Positions 27,627 to 37,933 of a DNA stretch of 64,000 nucleotides are shown one piece after another (positions within the stretch are counted from its first letter, which is position 1; every line of letters starts with the position of its first letter). Source of the DNA: an uncultured Nitrospiraceae bacterium (GTDB lineage: Bacteria; Nitrospirota; Thermodesulfovibrionia; Thermodesulfovibrionales; UBA6898); assembly GCA_963811165.1 (NCBI GenBank), contig CAWEQH010000004.1, positions 448,001 to 512,000 of the forward strand, in the 5' to 3' direction. The position numbers and the translations under genes are program-made. Under the pieces are notes generated by a model. It saw only the letters and a list, made by a program, of their open reading frames with translations. It was not told where the DNA came from and searched no databases.

Positions 27627-30059
27627 TTATCGAGGCGGGCGGAAAAGAGAGAAATATTTTTTCACTTCAACTGCGCCGATGATGATGAACGCAAATGCTG
27701 CTATCGCAAGAATCTGACTAAGACCGATCGGCACAAGGTTGAACCTTCCGCCCAAAGCAGGGACAAAGACTGCGAGAAATAGGAAGGAGATCGCACCCGC
27801 GGCCCAGATGTCGATGACCGGGTTGGTGAAGATGCCTATCGAAAATACTGGTTCCGTAGTCGAGCGGGAAACAATCGCCAGGAAGATGTGGCCGAAGATC
27901 CACGCGGAGAAAGCGAATGTTTGTGTCTCCCGTATGCCCAGGCCTCGGTGACGTGCATAGAAATAGGCACCCAGTACCGCAAGGAAGAGGGCAAGCCCGT
28001 TTATAAAGATGTCGCTTATCACCCGGGATGAAAGGACCTCCTCGCGCGGGTTGCGCGGCGGACGCGAGTATATATTTTTTTCTTTCGGCTCGGCCACGAA
28101 CCCCGCCGATGCGGCAAGGTCCATAAAGAGTTCGAGTATGACGATCTGTATGGGGCTGAAAGGCAAAGGCAGACCGAGGAGCACCGGGAGAAGAAAAATC
28201 ATGATAAGGGCGGCCTTTACCGAAAGATAGTAGGTGATCCCTTTTTGCAGGTTGTCGAAAAACTTCCTGCCCTCAAATATCCCCTCGGTTATCGTAACGT
28301 AGTTGTCGTCCGCAAGGACCACGTCCGCCGCGTCCCGTGCGACGTCGGTGCCCCTGATGCCCATGACGATGCCGATATCGGCTGCTTTAAGTGCAAGCAC
28401 GTCGTTTATGCCGTCGCCGGTGACCGCGACGACCTCTCCTTTTTTCTGAAGGGCGGTCACGATGCGGTATTTGTGCTGGGGCGATGTTCTGGCAAAGACC
28501 GAAGCGAGGCCCAGGGCCTCTCCGAGCCCCTCGTCGGTCATCTCGTCAATCTCTTTTCCTTCGATGACCTTCCCGTTTGGGATGCCTGTTTTTTCCGCGA
28601 CAAATGCAGCTGTAAGTGAATGGTCCCCCGTCACCATAATCGTCCTTATGCCGGCCTTCGAAGCTGCCTCTATCGTCTCTTTCACGCCTTCTCTCGGCGG
28701 GTCCTCGAAACTTATCAGGCCGCAGAGGTCGGCATCTCTTTCCATCTGCGTAAGATCGGGGTCCTCCTGCGCCGAAGCAAGAGTTTCGGAGGCGATTGCA
28801 ATGACCCTTCTGCCGCTTGACGATTCGCCGAGAAGTGCTGCGCGCATTTCCTCTGCACCTTTGCCGCAGATTGAAAAGAGCTCCTCGGGCGCGCCCGTCA
28901 CAAACATCTGATAGGAGTCTCCGTTTCTTCTTATGGAAGTTTTTGTCATCTTCCCGGCTTCTCCAAAGTTCCGTTGGCGTAAGATCCCGGGGAGGTCCTT
29001 ATGTATTCCTGCCTCTTCAGCCCTCTTTTTTATCTCTGTCTCCATGGGCGAAAGGACGAATTCCGGAAGTGCGCCGTATGCCGCCTCAAGGACTTCTTTC
29101 TCCCTTTCAGGCGGATAGACCGACGATATCCTCATCTTTCCTTCGGTGAGTGTTCCCGTCTTGTCGGTGACAATGACCGTGGTGTTGCCGAGTGTCTCCG
29201 CCCCCTGCAGTCTCTTTACGAGAAAGCTATGTTTCGAAAGGGTGTATGCGCCCAGCCCGAGCACCATAGTGATGATAATCGGCAGTTCCTCAGGTATTGT
29301 GGCGAAGGAGAGCGAGAGGCCGGTAAGGACCATGGTCTTAAAATCCTGCCCGCGGATAATGCCGATAACGGGTACTATCGTTGAAAAGAATACGGCAATG
29401 AAGACGAGTTTGTTTACGAGGGACTTCATCGCGGTCTGAAGGACGGTCCTTGGGGGTCTGATAGTCTTAAGGGCGGCGGCGATTTCACCCAGGCGCGTGC
29501 TCTTGCCGGTCAAACGGACCTCGGCCGCGCCCTCGCCGGAGAGGACAGTCGTTCCGGCATATACTGTGTCTCCGGTTTTTTTGTCCTTAGGAAAGGACTC
29601 CCCCGTCAAAGGCGACTCATCCACCTGCAGCCCGGTCGACTCGATGATCATCGAGTCCGCGGCGGTCCTTGTGCCCTGGGTAAGGATAAGCAGATCGCCC
29701 TGTACCACATCCTCAGCGTCTATTTCGGTGATCATTCCGTCCCTCATCGTCTTTGCCTTCGGGGCCGTCACCTTTGAGAGCGAGGCTATCGCCTTTTTCG
29801 CGCGAAATTCGTTATGCACCTCCGTAAGGATGAGAAGAAAGATGACGAGGAAGATAGTTATCGCGTCCCCGAGTTTCCCCCATATGCTATAGAGGAGGCC
29901 GACGACCAGAAGGAGAAGGATCATCGGCTCGGTCACCTCATGGCGTGCGATGCCGAAAAAGCTTATCTTTTGGGGCTCATAGATCCGGTTCGGGCCGGAC
30001 TCAAGGAGGCGTTTTCTCGCCTCTTCGGGTTTTAGTCCATCATATTTTTTTGCACTCAT
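27627..30059 (-). CDS. Cation-transporting P-type ATPase (P2-like)
   Basis: TGES, IPEELP, DKTGTLT, DPPR, TGDGIND. Confidence 0.93.
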   Translation of the reverse strand: MSAKKYDGLKPEEARKRLLESGPNRIYEPQKISFFGIARHEVTEPMILLLLVVGLLYSIWGKLGDAITIFLVIFLLILTEVHNEFRAKKAIASLSKVTAPKAKTMRDGMITEIDAEDVVQGDLLILTQGTRTAADSMIIESTGLQVDESPLTGESFPKDKKTGDTVYAGTTVLSGEGAAEVRLTGKSTRLGEIAAALKTIRPPRTVLQTAMKSLVNKLVFIAVFFSTIVPVIGIIRGQDFKTMVLTGLSLSFATIPEELPIIITMVLGLGAYTLSKHSFLVKRLQGAETLGNTTVIVTDKTGTLTEGKMRISSVYPPEREKEVLEAAYGALPEFVLSPMETEIKKRAEEAGIHKDLPGILRQRNFGEAGKMTKTSIRRNGDSYQMFVTGAPEELFSICGKGAEEMRAALLGESSSGRRVIAIASETLASAQEDPDLTQMERDADLCGLISFEDPPREGVKETIEAASKAGIRTIMVTGDHSLTAAFVAEKTGIPNGKVIEGKEIDEMTDEGLGEALGLASVFARTSPQHKYRIVTALQKKGEVVAVTGDGINDVLALKAADIGIVMGIRGTDVARDAADVVLADDNYVTITEGIFEGRKFFDNLQKGITYYLSVKAALIMIFLLPVLLGLPLPFSPIQIVILELFMDLAASAGFVAEPKEKNIYSRPPRNPREEVLSSRVISDIFINGLALFLAVLGAYFYARHRGLGIRETQTFAFSAWIFGHIFLAIVSRSTTEPVFSIGIFTNPVIDIWAAGAISFLFLAVFVPALGGRFNLVPIGLSQILAIAAFAFIIIGAVEVKKYFSLFRPPR

Positions 30060-30164
30060 ACCCGCATTATACTTTACTTTCCGATGTGTGTGAAATGTAT
30101 CGGCTGTACTTTGAAGACCTGGAAGCTTTCGCCCGCCGAAGAGATTTCCGGCGATCTATAAGTC

Positions 30165-30930
30165 TCAGGATCTAAGGGAATGGGCGAGAACGGATATCGC
30201 GATATCCAGGTGCGCCTCGGGGGTAAAGCGCGGTCCCAGCAGGCGGGACTGACCGGGTTTGTTTAAGAGACGGTCGTCGAATAATGCCGCGGGGCAGCGT
30301 TGTCTCAGTTGCCCAAGCAGGTGGATGAAGTTCGCCGTCCTCGTGAGCTGGAGCGCCGGGCCGAGGGAATCGTAGAGTACGCCGGATTCGAGAAAAACGA
30401 TCGGCTGAAGTGTGGCGCCATAGATATGCAGAAAGCCATCGCGCGAAGTCGGTGCTGGTCGTGCTTGTCACCGTAACCGACTTGGTCATCTTCAGGCCGC
30501 CTGACAAGATCGCCGCGCCGGGGTCGAACTTGGTTTTTTTTTCAGTTTCCGTCTTGCTGGTATGCGTTATCCGGGTCCCCCGGATGATGACGGTAATGCC
30601 TGTATAGGCCATCCGCACTTCCTCCCCCGTCCTTGTTCCTACCACCAGTTCGTTGTCCGCCAGGAAAAAGGTGCGGGCGATGATCCTTTTTTTGTCGGTC
30701 TCAATCTCATCCTGGCTGAGGACAAGGGGATTGATGCCTGCGGCACGCAGTTGTTCCGCCCTTTTGTCTGCGTCACGCTCATTGCCGAAACTTGCGATTA
30801 TGACCGGCCCCGCACCCGCACCCGCGATGCGTGTCCGCGCCTCATAGAGCGTAATTCCAAGGGCTTGTGCAAGGGCTTGGCCCATGGCTTCCCTGTCTTC
30901 TCCTAGGTGATCGACTGCCAGGATATGCAT
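30165..30930 (-). CDS. Hypothetical protein (apparent frameshift near 30445)
   Basis: The N-terminal ORF continues in another frame as RDGFLHIYG...FDDRLL...HLDIAISVLAHSLRS* ending at 30165. Confidence 0.7.
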
Positions 30931-31126
30931 CTATTCATTATACTCCGTGCTATCGGTTCACGCACTGACCGGCCGCAGGCCGGCCATTTTTCGGAGCTGA
31001 TCTGTCCACAAACTGGTCGGAAGGCAGACTGGAGTTCTTGACATCAAGTGGCAGCCGGTACTTTTGTCTGATACACTTGTAATAATGACGGCCCCTAGAT
31101 TATAGGTAACCGCAGTTTGGTTATGG

Positions 31127-32821
31127 ATGGAGGGTAAGATGTCCCTCGCTGATTTATTTTCTGCTCTAAAGACGTCCGCGGGAAGCCGGAAAATGTCTGG
31201 TCGAGTGCCGGCAGGTGCGGTGTTGTGCCTGGTGTTGGCGGCTGCGCTGTCAGTACAGCAGCAGGAAGCCGCGGCTGTTGTTACTGCCTGGCCGAATATC
31301 TCTTTGCTTAGACTAAACGGAGGACTGGTCCACCCCGTACATATCACTCACGCCGGCGACGGCAGCAGACGGTTATTCGCAGTGGAACAGGTTGGACGCA
31401 TCCGGATAATCAGGGCTGACTCACTTCTTACCGCGCCGTTTCTCGACATATCGGACCGGGTCTTGTCAGGGGGAGAGCAGGGCTTGCTTAGTGTGGCCTT
31501 TCCACCCGGTTTTGAATCAAGCGGCCGCTTCTATGTTAATTATACCCGGCAGCCCGACGGAGCTACGGTAATTGCGCGGTACCGGGTGACCGCCGATCCT
31601 GACATCACCGATCAGTTAAGCGAGGAGGTCCTCAAGGTTATCAGCCAGCCTTTTCCCAACCATAATGGCGGCCAGTTGGCCTTTGGGCCTGACGGGTTTC
31701 TCTATATCGGGATGGGCGACGGCGGGTATGCGGGTGATCCGCTCAAGAACGCTCAAAATCACGGCTCACTGCTCGGCAAAATGCTTAGGATCGATGTCGA
31801 GTCCGGCACTTTTCCTTATAGCGTGCCCCCAACAAACCCCTTTGTGTTTTCTTCAGATTACCTCCCCGAGATCTGGGCTCTCGGCCTGCGCAATCCATGG
31901 CGGTTTTCGTTCGACCGTCAGACAGGAGACCTTTATATCGGCGATGTGGGCCAGAATCTCTACGAAGAGGTCGACCTCCAGCCTGCATCGAGTACGGGCG
32001 GCGAAAATTATGGATGGAATATCATGGAGGCCTCTCATTGTTATCTTAGTCCATCATGCAGTTCCGCCGGCCTGGTACTTCCGGTTGCCGAATACGATCA
32101 TACCACCGGAGATTGTTCGATCATAGGAGGAATGATTTACCGGGGCCTGAAGTACCCGGGGTTGCATGGGGTCTATCTCTACGGAGATGAATGCAGCGGC
32201 CGGATCAGGGGTCTAAAGAAGAATGGAGGATCATCTCAAAATACCATCCTGTTGGATTCTCCCTTTGTCATTACCACCTTCGGCGAGGACGAAACCGGCA
32301 GCCTGTATCTTGCGGATTACACATCAGGGACGATATACAGGGTCGTTGAGGCTATTTCCGGTATCCCTGCTCCTACGGTGCAGGAGACCTTCGCCTTTCC
32401 TTCAGCCGATTCTCCCGTGGTGAGCCTGGACCTTGCGCAATTGAACCCATTTGGTTTCGGTCCTGTTGCTTCGGGTGGGGATATGCTTCAGTTCCAGGTG
32501 GCACTGGCCCAATTTACCGCGCCTGTTGATTTGTATGCTGCGTATTCGGTATCAACCGATCCGGCTAATATTTTCCTGATGAAATCCGACCTTACCTTTC
32601 AGGCCGTCTCATTCCAGGACGTCCAGCAGGTTCTCTCCGGAGTGGCCGTGGCAGGTATCGATCCCTGGATGAAAAATGTGACCGGCCCCATTGATGTCAA
32701 CCCGCTCACTCTTTCCGTCACAAAACTTTCTCCGGGCATATACACCGTATATCTGCTGGTTACACCCTCGGGCAGGCTGGATTCACATTACCTCGGAAAG
32801 GCATCTTTTGTTGTTCCCTAG
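31127..32821 (+). CDS. PQQ-dependent sugar dehydrogenase-family protein with extra C-terminal domain
   Basis: GEQGLLSVAF, NHNGGQLAFGPDG, GLRNPWRFSFD, NYGW; signal peptide; start may be 31193. Confidence 0.88.
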   Translation: MEGKMSLADLFSALKTSAGSRKMSGRVPAGAVLCLVLAAALSVQQQEAAAVVTAWPNISLLRLNGGLVHPVHITHAGDGSRRLFAVEQVGRIRIIRADSLLTAPFLDISDRVLSGGEQGLLSVAFPPGFESSGRFYVNYTRQPDGATVIARYRVTADPDITDQLSEEVLKVISQPFPNHNGGQLAFGPDGFLYIGMGDGGYAGDPLKNAQNHGSLLGKMLRIDVESGTFPYSVPPTNPFVFSSDYLPEIWALGLRNPWRFSFDRQTGDLYIGDVGQNLYEEVDLQPASSTGGENYGWNIMEASHCYLSPSCSSAGLVLPVAEYDHTTGDCSIIGGMIYRGLKYPGLHGVYLYGDECSGRIRGLKKNGGSSQNTILLDSPFVITTFGEDETGSLYLADYTSGTIYRVVEAISGIPAPTVQETFAFPSADSPVVSLDLAQLNPFGFGPVASGGDMLQFQVALAQFTAPVDLYAAYSVSTDPANIFLMKSDLTFQAVSFQDVQQVLSGVAVAGIDPWMKNVTGPIDVNPLTLSVTKLSPGIYTVYLLVTPSGRLDSHYLGKASFVVP

Positions 32822-32877
32822 CAGGAGCATTCAATAATTAAAGTGCGGTCCAATCAGCGGGAACGAGCACGGCCGGT

Positions 32878-33222
32878 TCAGAAGCCGAGGGGTTCCCATT
32901 TTCCAAACATGTTCACTTCGTCCCCGGGGTTCGGAAGCCCTGCAATCTTCCAGGCAATGACAGGCTCTATAAACTTTGCAATCACACAGTCTTTCGGCTG
33001 GCCGACATTCTTGCAGACGAAGCGCAGGATGGGAAAGAAATTGTATTCCTTATAGTACTGGCGCATGAATTTCAGGATGTCCATCTTGTCACCGGTCAAT
33101 TCTCCTGCTCCCTCTCTTTCGGCCAATGCACGGGCGACTGTTTCATTCCAATCCTCGTAATTTACGAGATATCCGTCATCGTCCAGATCGATCTTTATCC
33201 CTGAATATTCGATTACCGGCAT
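32878..33222 (-). CDS. TusE/DsrC/DsvC-family protein lacking C-terminal cysteines
   Basis: LDDDGYLVNYEDWNE, LAEREG, KIAGLPNP; GGAGG RBS. Confidence 0.85.
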   Translation of the reverse strand: MPVIEYSGIKIDLDDDGYLVNYEDWNETVARALAEREGAGELTGDKMDILKFMRQYYKEYNFFPILRFVCKNVGQPKDCVIAKFIEPVIAWKIAGLPNPGDEVNMFGKWEPLGF

Positions 33223-33327
33223 TCTGCATCCTCCTCCATCAATGAGACTGCAAATAGTGTGGCCCACCGCGATGCGTCGCCCCGGAAGAAAGACGCGGGG
33301 CGGCGCATCACGGAGAGTTCTTTTCTT

Positions 33328-34047
33328 TTATTCTACAGGATCGGGAACGATGAAATATGTGACCCAGCGGTAGAACCGATCAAAATTATTGTCTGCCGGA
33401 CTTGTCCTTGTCACATTAAGGACGAGAACATAAAGACCCGGAGGGATATCCTGCAGGTCCGTGGGGCCCAGAAGGGTATCGGTGACCCCGAGCACATTGG
33501 TTTTCCATGGGGTGAGTCTCTTCAACCTTTTCCTCGGCTCCGGATGGTAGCGATTGGACCCATGGCCATTGTCGGCGGACTGAACGGTAGGTTCAGAGGC
33601 CAATTCATCCTGGAGCGAAGTGATCTGATTGAAGATGTTTACGAAAAATATGTCCGCAGCGTCAAATGACGCCGCGAAGTAGCCGAACGACACGTCAACA
33701 GGCTCTTCAAACGGCCCAATGTCTACCGCTACTTCCAGAGAATTACCGCCACTGGCAACACTGCCTACCCCGATCGGCTTGGCTTTAGCCGGGTTGCAGC
33801 TTACAACAGGTTCTTCAACAGGAGTATAGGTGAATACACGCTTGCCGGTAGGCAGAGGCATAGTGCACGGCGGGGGCGCCGTAACGGTTTCGGTCACGGC
33901 CATAAAGTTCTGGACACCTCTTTGATTGAAATACTCATAGACGAGCTGATCGCCCGCACCCCCTGGATTGGCATACGCCTGTGCGGCCCCGAAAATACAG
34001 ATACCGATAACAAGAAATAATAATGCCGCGAAGCTTCTTTTACACAT
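33328..34047 (-). CDS. Secreted hypothetical protein
   Basis: AGGAGG RBS, AQA-YA signal peptide; domain shared with the C-terminus of 31127-32821. Confidence 0.8.
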   Translation of the reverse strand: MCKRSFAALLFLVIGICIFGAAQAYANPGGAGDQLVYEYFNQRGVQNFMAVTETVTAPPPCTMPLPTGKRVFTYTPVEEPVVSCNPAKAKPIGVGSVASGGNSLEVAVDIGPFEEPVDVSFGYFAASFDAADIFFVNIFNQITSLQDELASEPTVQSADNGHGSNRYHPEPRKRLKRLTPWKTNVLGVTDTLLGPTDLQDIPPGLYVLVLNVTRTSPADNNFDRFYRWVTYFIVPDPVE

Positions 34048-34387
34048 ACCGCCTCCTACTTTTATGGAATTATCTCCCGGTGACCCGGTTTGATGTCAAG
34101 TGCGTATCTTGCCGTATCGATGCGGACTGATCACCTCCTTCGCATTTTCTTCTGGATGAGGTCCCTCACAGACTCTTATACCACATCCAAAGCGCAATAA
34201 ATCATTAACTTTTTTTCATAATAGGTGTTCTGTGTTTATAGTCGTTAACGGCATGAATTGAGGATATCAAACGGCGGGATCCCGGTAGGTGATGAGGATC
34301 ACAATATAAATAAGTTTCAACAGAATCTTTCTCCTACGTTTACCACGGTGCTGAAATTTTCTGCGGAATTATTTCAAAAATGCGGCA

Positions 34388-34500
34388 TTATCTGAGCCCC
34401 GTATCGATAGAGATATCCACGGTGGTTGTCTTGCCGGACTCGATCACGACCGTCTTAGGCACGTCGGCACTCCTGTCGATCCCTATGTGGTTAATATCGT
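34388..34500 (-). pseudogene. Probable 3' gene remnant
   Basis: DINHIGIDRSADVPKTVVIESGKTTTVDISIDTGLR* reads like a protein C-terminus but is preceded by an in-frame TAG and has no start. Confidence 0.35.
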
Positions 34501-34531
34501 CCTATTGTAGCAAAAGAGATACTCTTGCACT

Positions 34532-35155
34532 ATGGCCCCTTTGCACTTTCGGACTGTTCTGGCTTATCATATTTTTGTTACGGGAGTAAGGGCGAAGAAA
34601 TTGTATCGGGGAATCTATGGGGCATGGACCGGGGCAGAGAGAGGAATCGATATTGCCTTGCCCTCGTTACGGCAGCGCATGAATGAAGACGCGACATATA
34701 AATTCGTAAACGATTTTTTCTATTTCGTTGTATGGCCTGATGAAAGCAGGGGCCGGGATGTTTTGATATGCTGTTCGGGGGTCAATCTGGACCGGTTTGC
34801 GCCCTTGACCAGGGGCCGGCATGGGTTGGCAGTAAGCCCCTCGATGAGGGGGCTTCAAAATACAAGGATCGCAATCAGCAGCATGGTGCTCGAAAAAGGG
34901 GCGAGACCGAAGTTTATCCGGGGAAGGGACTGCGCAGGCATCGCTCCTATAGAGGAGTCATGGTATACCGACCTTCTCCTTATAGAGAATGCTCCCGAGT
35001 CCCTTTGCGATGAAATAATCAGATGCGGGGTCGCCGCCCTTATCGCGTCGATCTTCAGGGCCTGCAGGATCCCGTTTCTGCTGCCCGAACCTCTCCCTGC
35101 GCCTGATGAACTTCAAAGGCTCCTCGAGGAGCAGTGCAGGATACACGCAAGATAG
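34532..35155 (+). CDS. Hypothetical protein (start may be 34679)
   Basis: 207-aa ORF; no family recognised. Confidence 0.55.
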   Translation: MAPLHFRTVLAYHIFVTGVRAKKLYRGIYGAWTGAERGIDIALPSLRQRMNEDATYKFVNDFFYFVVWPDESRGRDVLICCSGVNLDRFAPLTRGRHGLAVSPSMRGLQNTRIAISSMVLEKGARPKFIRGRDCAGIAPIEESWYTDLLLIENAPESLCDEIIRCGVAALIASIFRACRIPFLLPEPLPAPDELQRLLEEQCRIHAR

Positions 35156-35271
35156 GCTGTTTTCTATGCGGGGCTTTGCCCCGTACCCCAGTTACCCTTC
35201 TTGCGTGTCCAAGAAGCGTAACCGCAAGAAGGTCAATATTGCCGGACTTCACCCCTTCAGGGAGAACTTCG

Positions 35272-35568
35272 CTATTGAAACCTGGCCCCGCACTTTCTGC
35301 AACCGCGTTGGTAAATATTGCTGCCGAGATATTTATTACATGACGGGCATCTCCAGTTGGCAGCGGTGAATCCCATGAATGACGCGATGACAATGGCCTG
35401 CATCGCAAAGATGGCGCCCTTCGATATGTTTCCGAATAGGTCGGACCGGTGGTGTATCATGGCAAGTAAAACGATAAGCAGAAGCGCTACTGCTATAGCA
35501 AGGAGCTGACGGTCCTGACGCAATTTAAAATTCGCGACGGTCTGTTTAGGGTCTCTTTTTGGCGCCAA
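35272..35568 (-). CDS. Small membrane protein with C-terminal zinc ribbon
   Basis: Two TM segments then WRCPSC...CRKCG; GGAG before TTG. Confidence 0.7.
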   Translation of the reverse strand: MAPKRDPKQTVANFKLRQDRQLLAIAVALLLIVLLAMIHHRSDLFGNISKGAIFAMQAIVIASFMGFTAANWRCPSCNKYLGSNIYQRGCRKCGARFQ

Positions 35569-35684
35569 TGGAATTTCTCCGGTAGATATTATACCGGCAG
35601 AGTGCAGTTTTTCAAAAATCGTGCATAGCCGACCTTGCATACTGGGTTAGTGACCGCATTACCGGGGATGTCCCGTATGATCAA

Positions 35685-36332
35685 TTATCCTTTGGCACTG
35701 GGCGCCGAAAGACGGGCCTCGTCCTCTGAACGCCGTGCCCGTGAAATTTCCCCGCGCATCCGCAGCACTCTCGTTGCATACGCGGGATCTCCGCCTGCAT
35801 AACGGCTGAGGGCCGTTCTGAGATTGTTCGTCCTTGCCAGATACCTGCCAAGCACGTAGATGCCGGAGTTTATATTACTGGATATCGTATAGAGATCGTC
35901 CTGTTGGCTCACGATCCCTTTCGTTTTGAGTTCCTCAAGCCAGACATCGGGCATTATCCCCATCAGTCCTATTGCGCCTTTTTCGCTTTCCACGTGAGGG
36001 TTGAAGTTGGACTCAACAAGACAGATTGCAAGGATCAGGTCCGCGTTAGCGCTGTTCATGGCAACGCTATAGATCTTCGAAAGGACCTGTTCAGGCATTT
36101 CGGAGTGCTCTTTCATCCATTGCAGGATGACCGCCTCCGTCGCCTCTTTCACCTGCGCGCCGTCGGGGTTTTGAGAAACCTCATGAGGGGCATCCACCCG
36201 GACTGCGGGCGCGGTCGCCGTATATGCCAAAGCGAGACCGGCTGTCGCAACCAGCCCCAAAATAAGGTATTGCGCCAATGATACCTGCCTATTCCTAAGA
36301 TCCCTTAATTTTCCTATTACTTTTTCGAACAT
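35685..36332 (-). CDS. Lytic transglycosylase (SLT domain) protein
   Basis: VESNFNP, SEKGAIGLMGI, ALSRY motifs; N-terminal TM; AAGGAGGT RBS. Confidence 0.88.
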   Translation of the reverse strand: MFEKVIGKLRDLRNRQVSLAQYLILGLVATAGLALAYTATAPAVRVDAPHEVSQNPDGAQVKEATEAVILQWMKEHSEMPEQVLSKIYSVAMNSANADLILAICLVESNFNPHVESEKGAIGLMGIMPDVWLEELKTKGIVSQQDDLYTISSNINSGIYVLGRYLARTNNLRTALSRYAGGDPAYATRVLRMRGEISRARRSEDEARLSAPSAKG

Positions 36333-36532
36333 AGACACCTCCTTAAAACCAGGCCCCGAGCCAGTTACCATGGAAAGTAACGCTTTGAAAGTTGTCCAAT
36401 ATAGAGTTCCTGTTATTTTCGCCACAGTTTTCTCGATTGACTGGAAGTAGCTTGATGAGCTGGTTTGACTTTATGGGAGTTTTAAATAGTCGTAGGTATA
36501 TTACAGCACATACGGGGTATCTTGTCAACTCT

Positions 36533-36591
36533 TTGAACAAAAAAAATTGAACCAAAAATGTTGAACCAAAAAAAATAGAAAAAAATAGAAC
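36533..36591. repeat. Direct repeats TTGAAC with 14-bp period
   Basis: TTGAAC at 36533, 36547 and 36561, then TAGAA at 36576 and 36586, separated by A-tracts. Confidence 0.6.
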
Positions 36592-36680
36592 GAAGAGACC
36601 GTTTCTAAATTTTTTTTAATCAGTTGTTAATCGTTTTTTAATAATGAGGCATTATAATGATGCGTATACCCTTCCTTTTG

Positions 36681-36707
36681 CCCCGGTCCCCCCCGGGGTT
36701 TTTTTTG
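36681..36707 (+). terminator. Intrinsic-terminator-like hairpin
   Basis: CCCCGG-loop-CCGGGG followed by a T8 tract. Confidence 0.4.
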
Positions 36708-36774
36708 CGAAAAAGTCGGCAGCGTACCAAAAAGTCTGAAACTCCGGGAATCCGAAGTATGGTATAGTATGAAT

Positions 36775-36867
36775 ATGAAGACAGTAATGCTCACCGGTTT
36801 TATTTTAATCGTCGCGTATATCTACGCGATGGTATATTTCAGGATGGCGTACAGACGACTGCTCTGA
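36775..36867 (+). CDS. Putative leaderless 30-aa membrane peptide
   Basis: MKTVMLTGFILIVAYIYAMVYFRMAYRRLL*; extended -10 TGGTATAGT ends 6 nt before the ATG. Confidence 0.4.
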   Translation: MKTVMLTGFILIVAYIYAMVYFRMAYRRLL

Positions 36868-37145
36868 GGAGGGGGCATCTCCTCCGTGAGGGGAAAACTG
36901 ACCGCCCGCATCGAAAAAAAAGGGCTCAAGGTGCCGGCATGGCTTAAGGGAAAGTCCGTGTCTTGCAGCCGGTGATTCAATAATTAGCAATAATTACATA
37001 ATACTGAGACACTTCTTTTGTATGATTTTTCCCCCGTCTTATCATCGCCTTGCGTCCTGGGAAAATCCGGAGGCATCCGCACTAGTATGAGGACACGCTC
37101 TCATTGTGAATATTAATTATTTCTGATACAATTTTCAGACTCCCC

Positions 37146-37874
37146 ATGAAACGTACGCTGCTTGTGATACTGCTTCTTCTTCCGGTTGCGGCCTTTGCTG
37201 CTTCGAAGGACCCCGGTCCGCCATCCGTGACCGTGCGCTATTACGGCAACTTCAAAAAAATGATCCGGGAGAACTATGTGGAGGGTGTTGTCGAGCTGGA
37301 CCGGGCGCTGTCCGGCCCCCACGTATATGCGCTCGGTATCGTCAAGAATGCCGAAGGAGAAATTATGGTCCTTGACGGCGAAGTCTGGGTGAACTACGGA
37401 AAAGACGGCATCAACAAGACCACCAGCCAGATAAAAAAGGGGGAAAAAGCCTCCCTCCTTATCACTGCCGGCGTTGAAAAGTGGCAGACTATCGTTGTCC
37501 CTGCCGATATGTCGGAAAATGAGCTTCATGCGTTTGTCGTGGACCAGGCAAGGAAGTCCGGGCTGAACGTAAAGGCGCCGTTCCCTTTCCTGATTGAAGG
37601 CAAAATTAGAAAATTGGTCTGGGACGTTCTGGACGGGGCTGATACCGACATGGCGAGGAAAAGTAACCAGCTTTTTTTGAGAAAACTTGTCGGGTACAGG
37701 GATGAGGCGCCGGTTGTTCTTCTGGGCTTTTATCCTGCGGAGCTGCAGAGCGAATTCGACTATCCGGGCGAATTGTGGCACATCCATGTGTTATTCATGG
37801 ACGACGGCAATACGGGGCACCTCAATGCGTTTTCGGTAGTCAAGGGCTCTAAACTCGAAATACCCGCCAGGTAA
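37146..37874 (+). CDS. Exported acetolactate-decarboxylase-like protein
   Basis: Signal peptide; GEIMVLDG, PFPFLIEG, WHIHV..TGHL putative Zn ligands. Confidence 0.65.
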   Translation: MKRTLLVILLLLPVAAFAASKDPGPPSVTVRYYGNFKKMIRENYVEGVVELDRALSGPHVYALGIVKNAEGEIMVLDGEVWVNYGKDGINKTTSQIKKGEKASLLITAGVEKWQTIVVPADMSENELHAFVVDQARKSGLNVKAPFPFLIEGKIRKLVWDVLDGADTDMARKSNQLFLRKLVGYRDEAPVVLLGFYPAELQSEFDYPGELWHIHVLFMDDGNTGHLNAFSVVKGSKLEIPAR

Positions 37875-37933
37875 TAAAAAGTGCGTAAACGCCTTTCAGA
37901 TTTCCCAAGACCCAAAACTCAGGAAGCTCCAGA

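Noticed and set aside
36533..36591. CRISPR array
   Set aside because: Units are 14 bp with no unique spacers and no cas genes; no CRISPR array was seen anywhere in the window.
36866..36980. Riboswitch in the GC-rich hairpins upstream of 37146
   Set aside because: Could not match fluoride, c-di-GMP, SAM, TPP or cobalamin consensus by eye.
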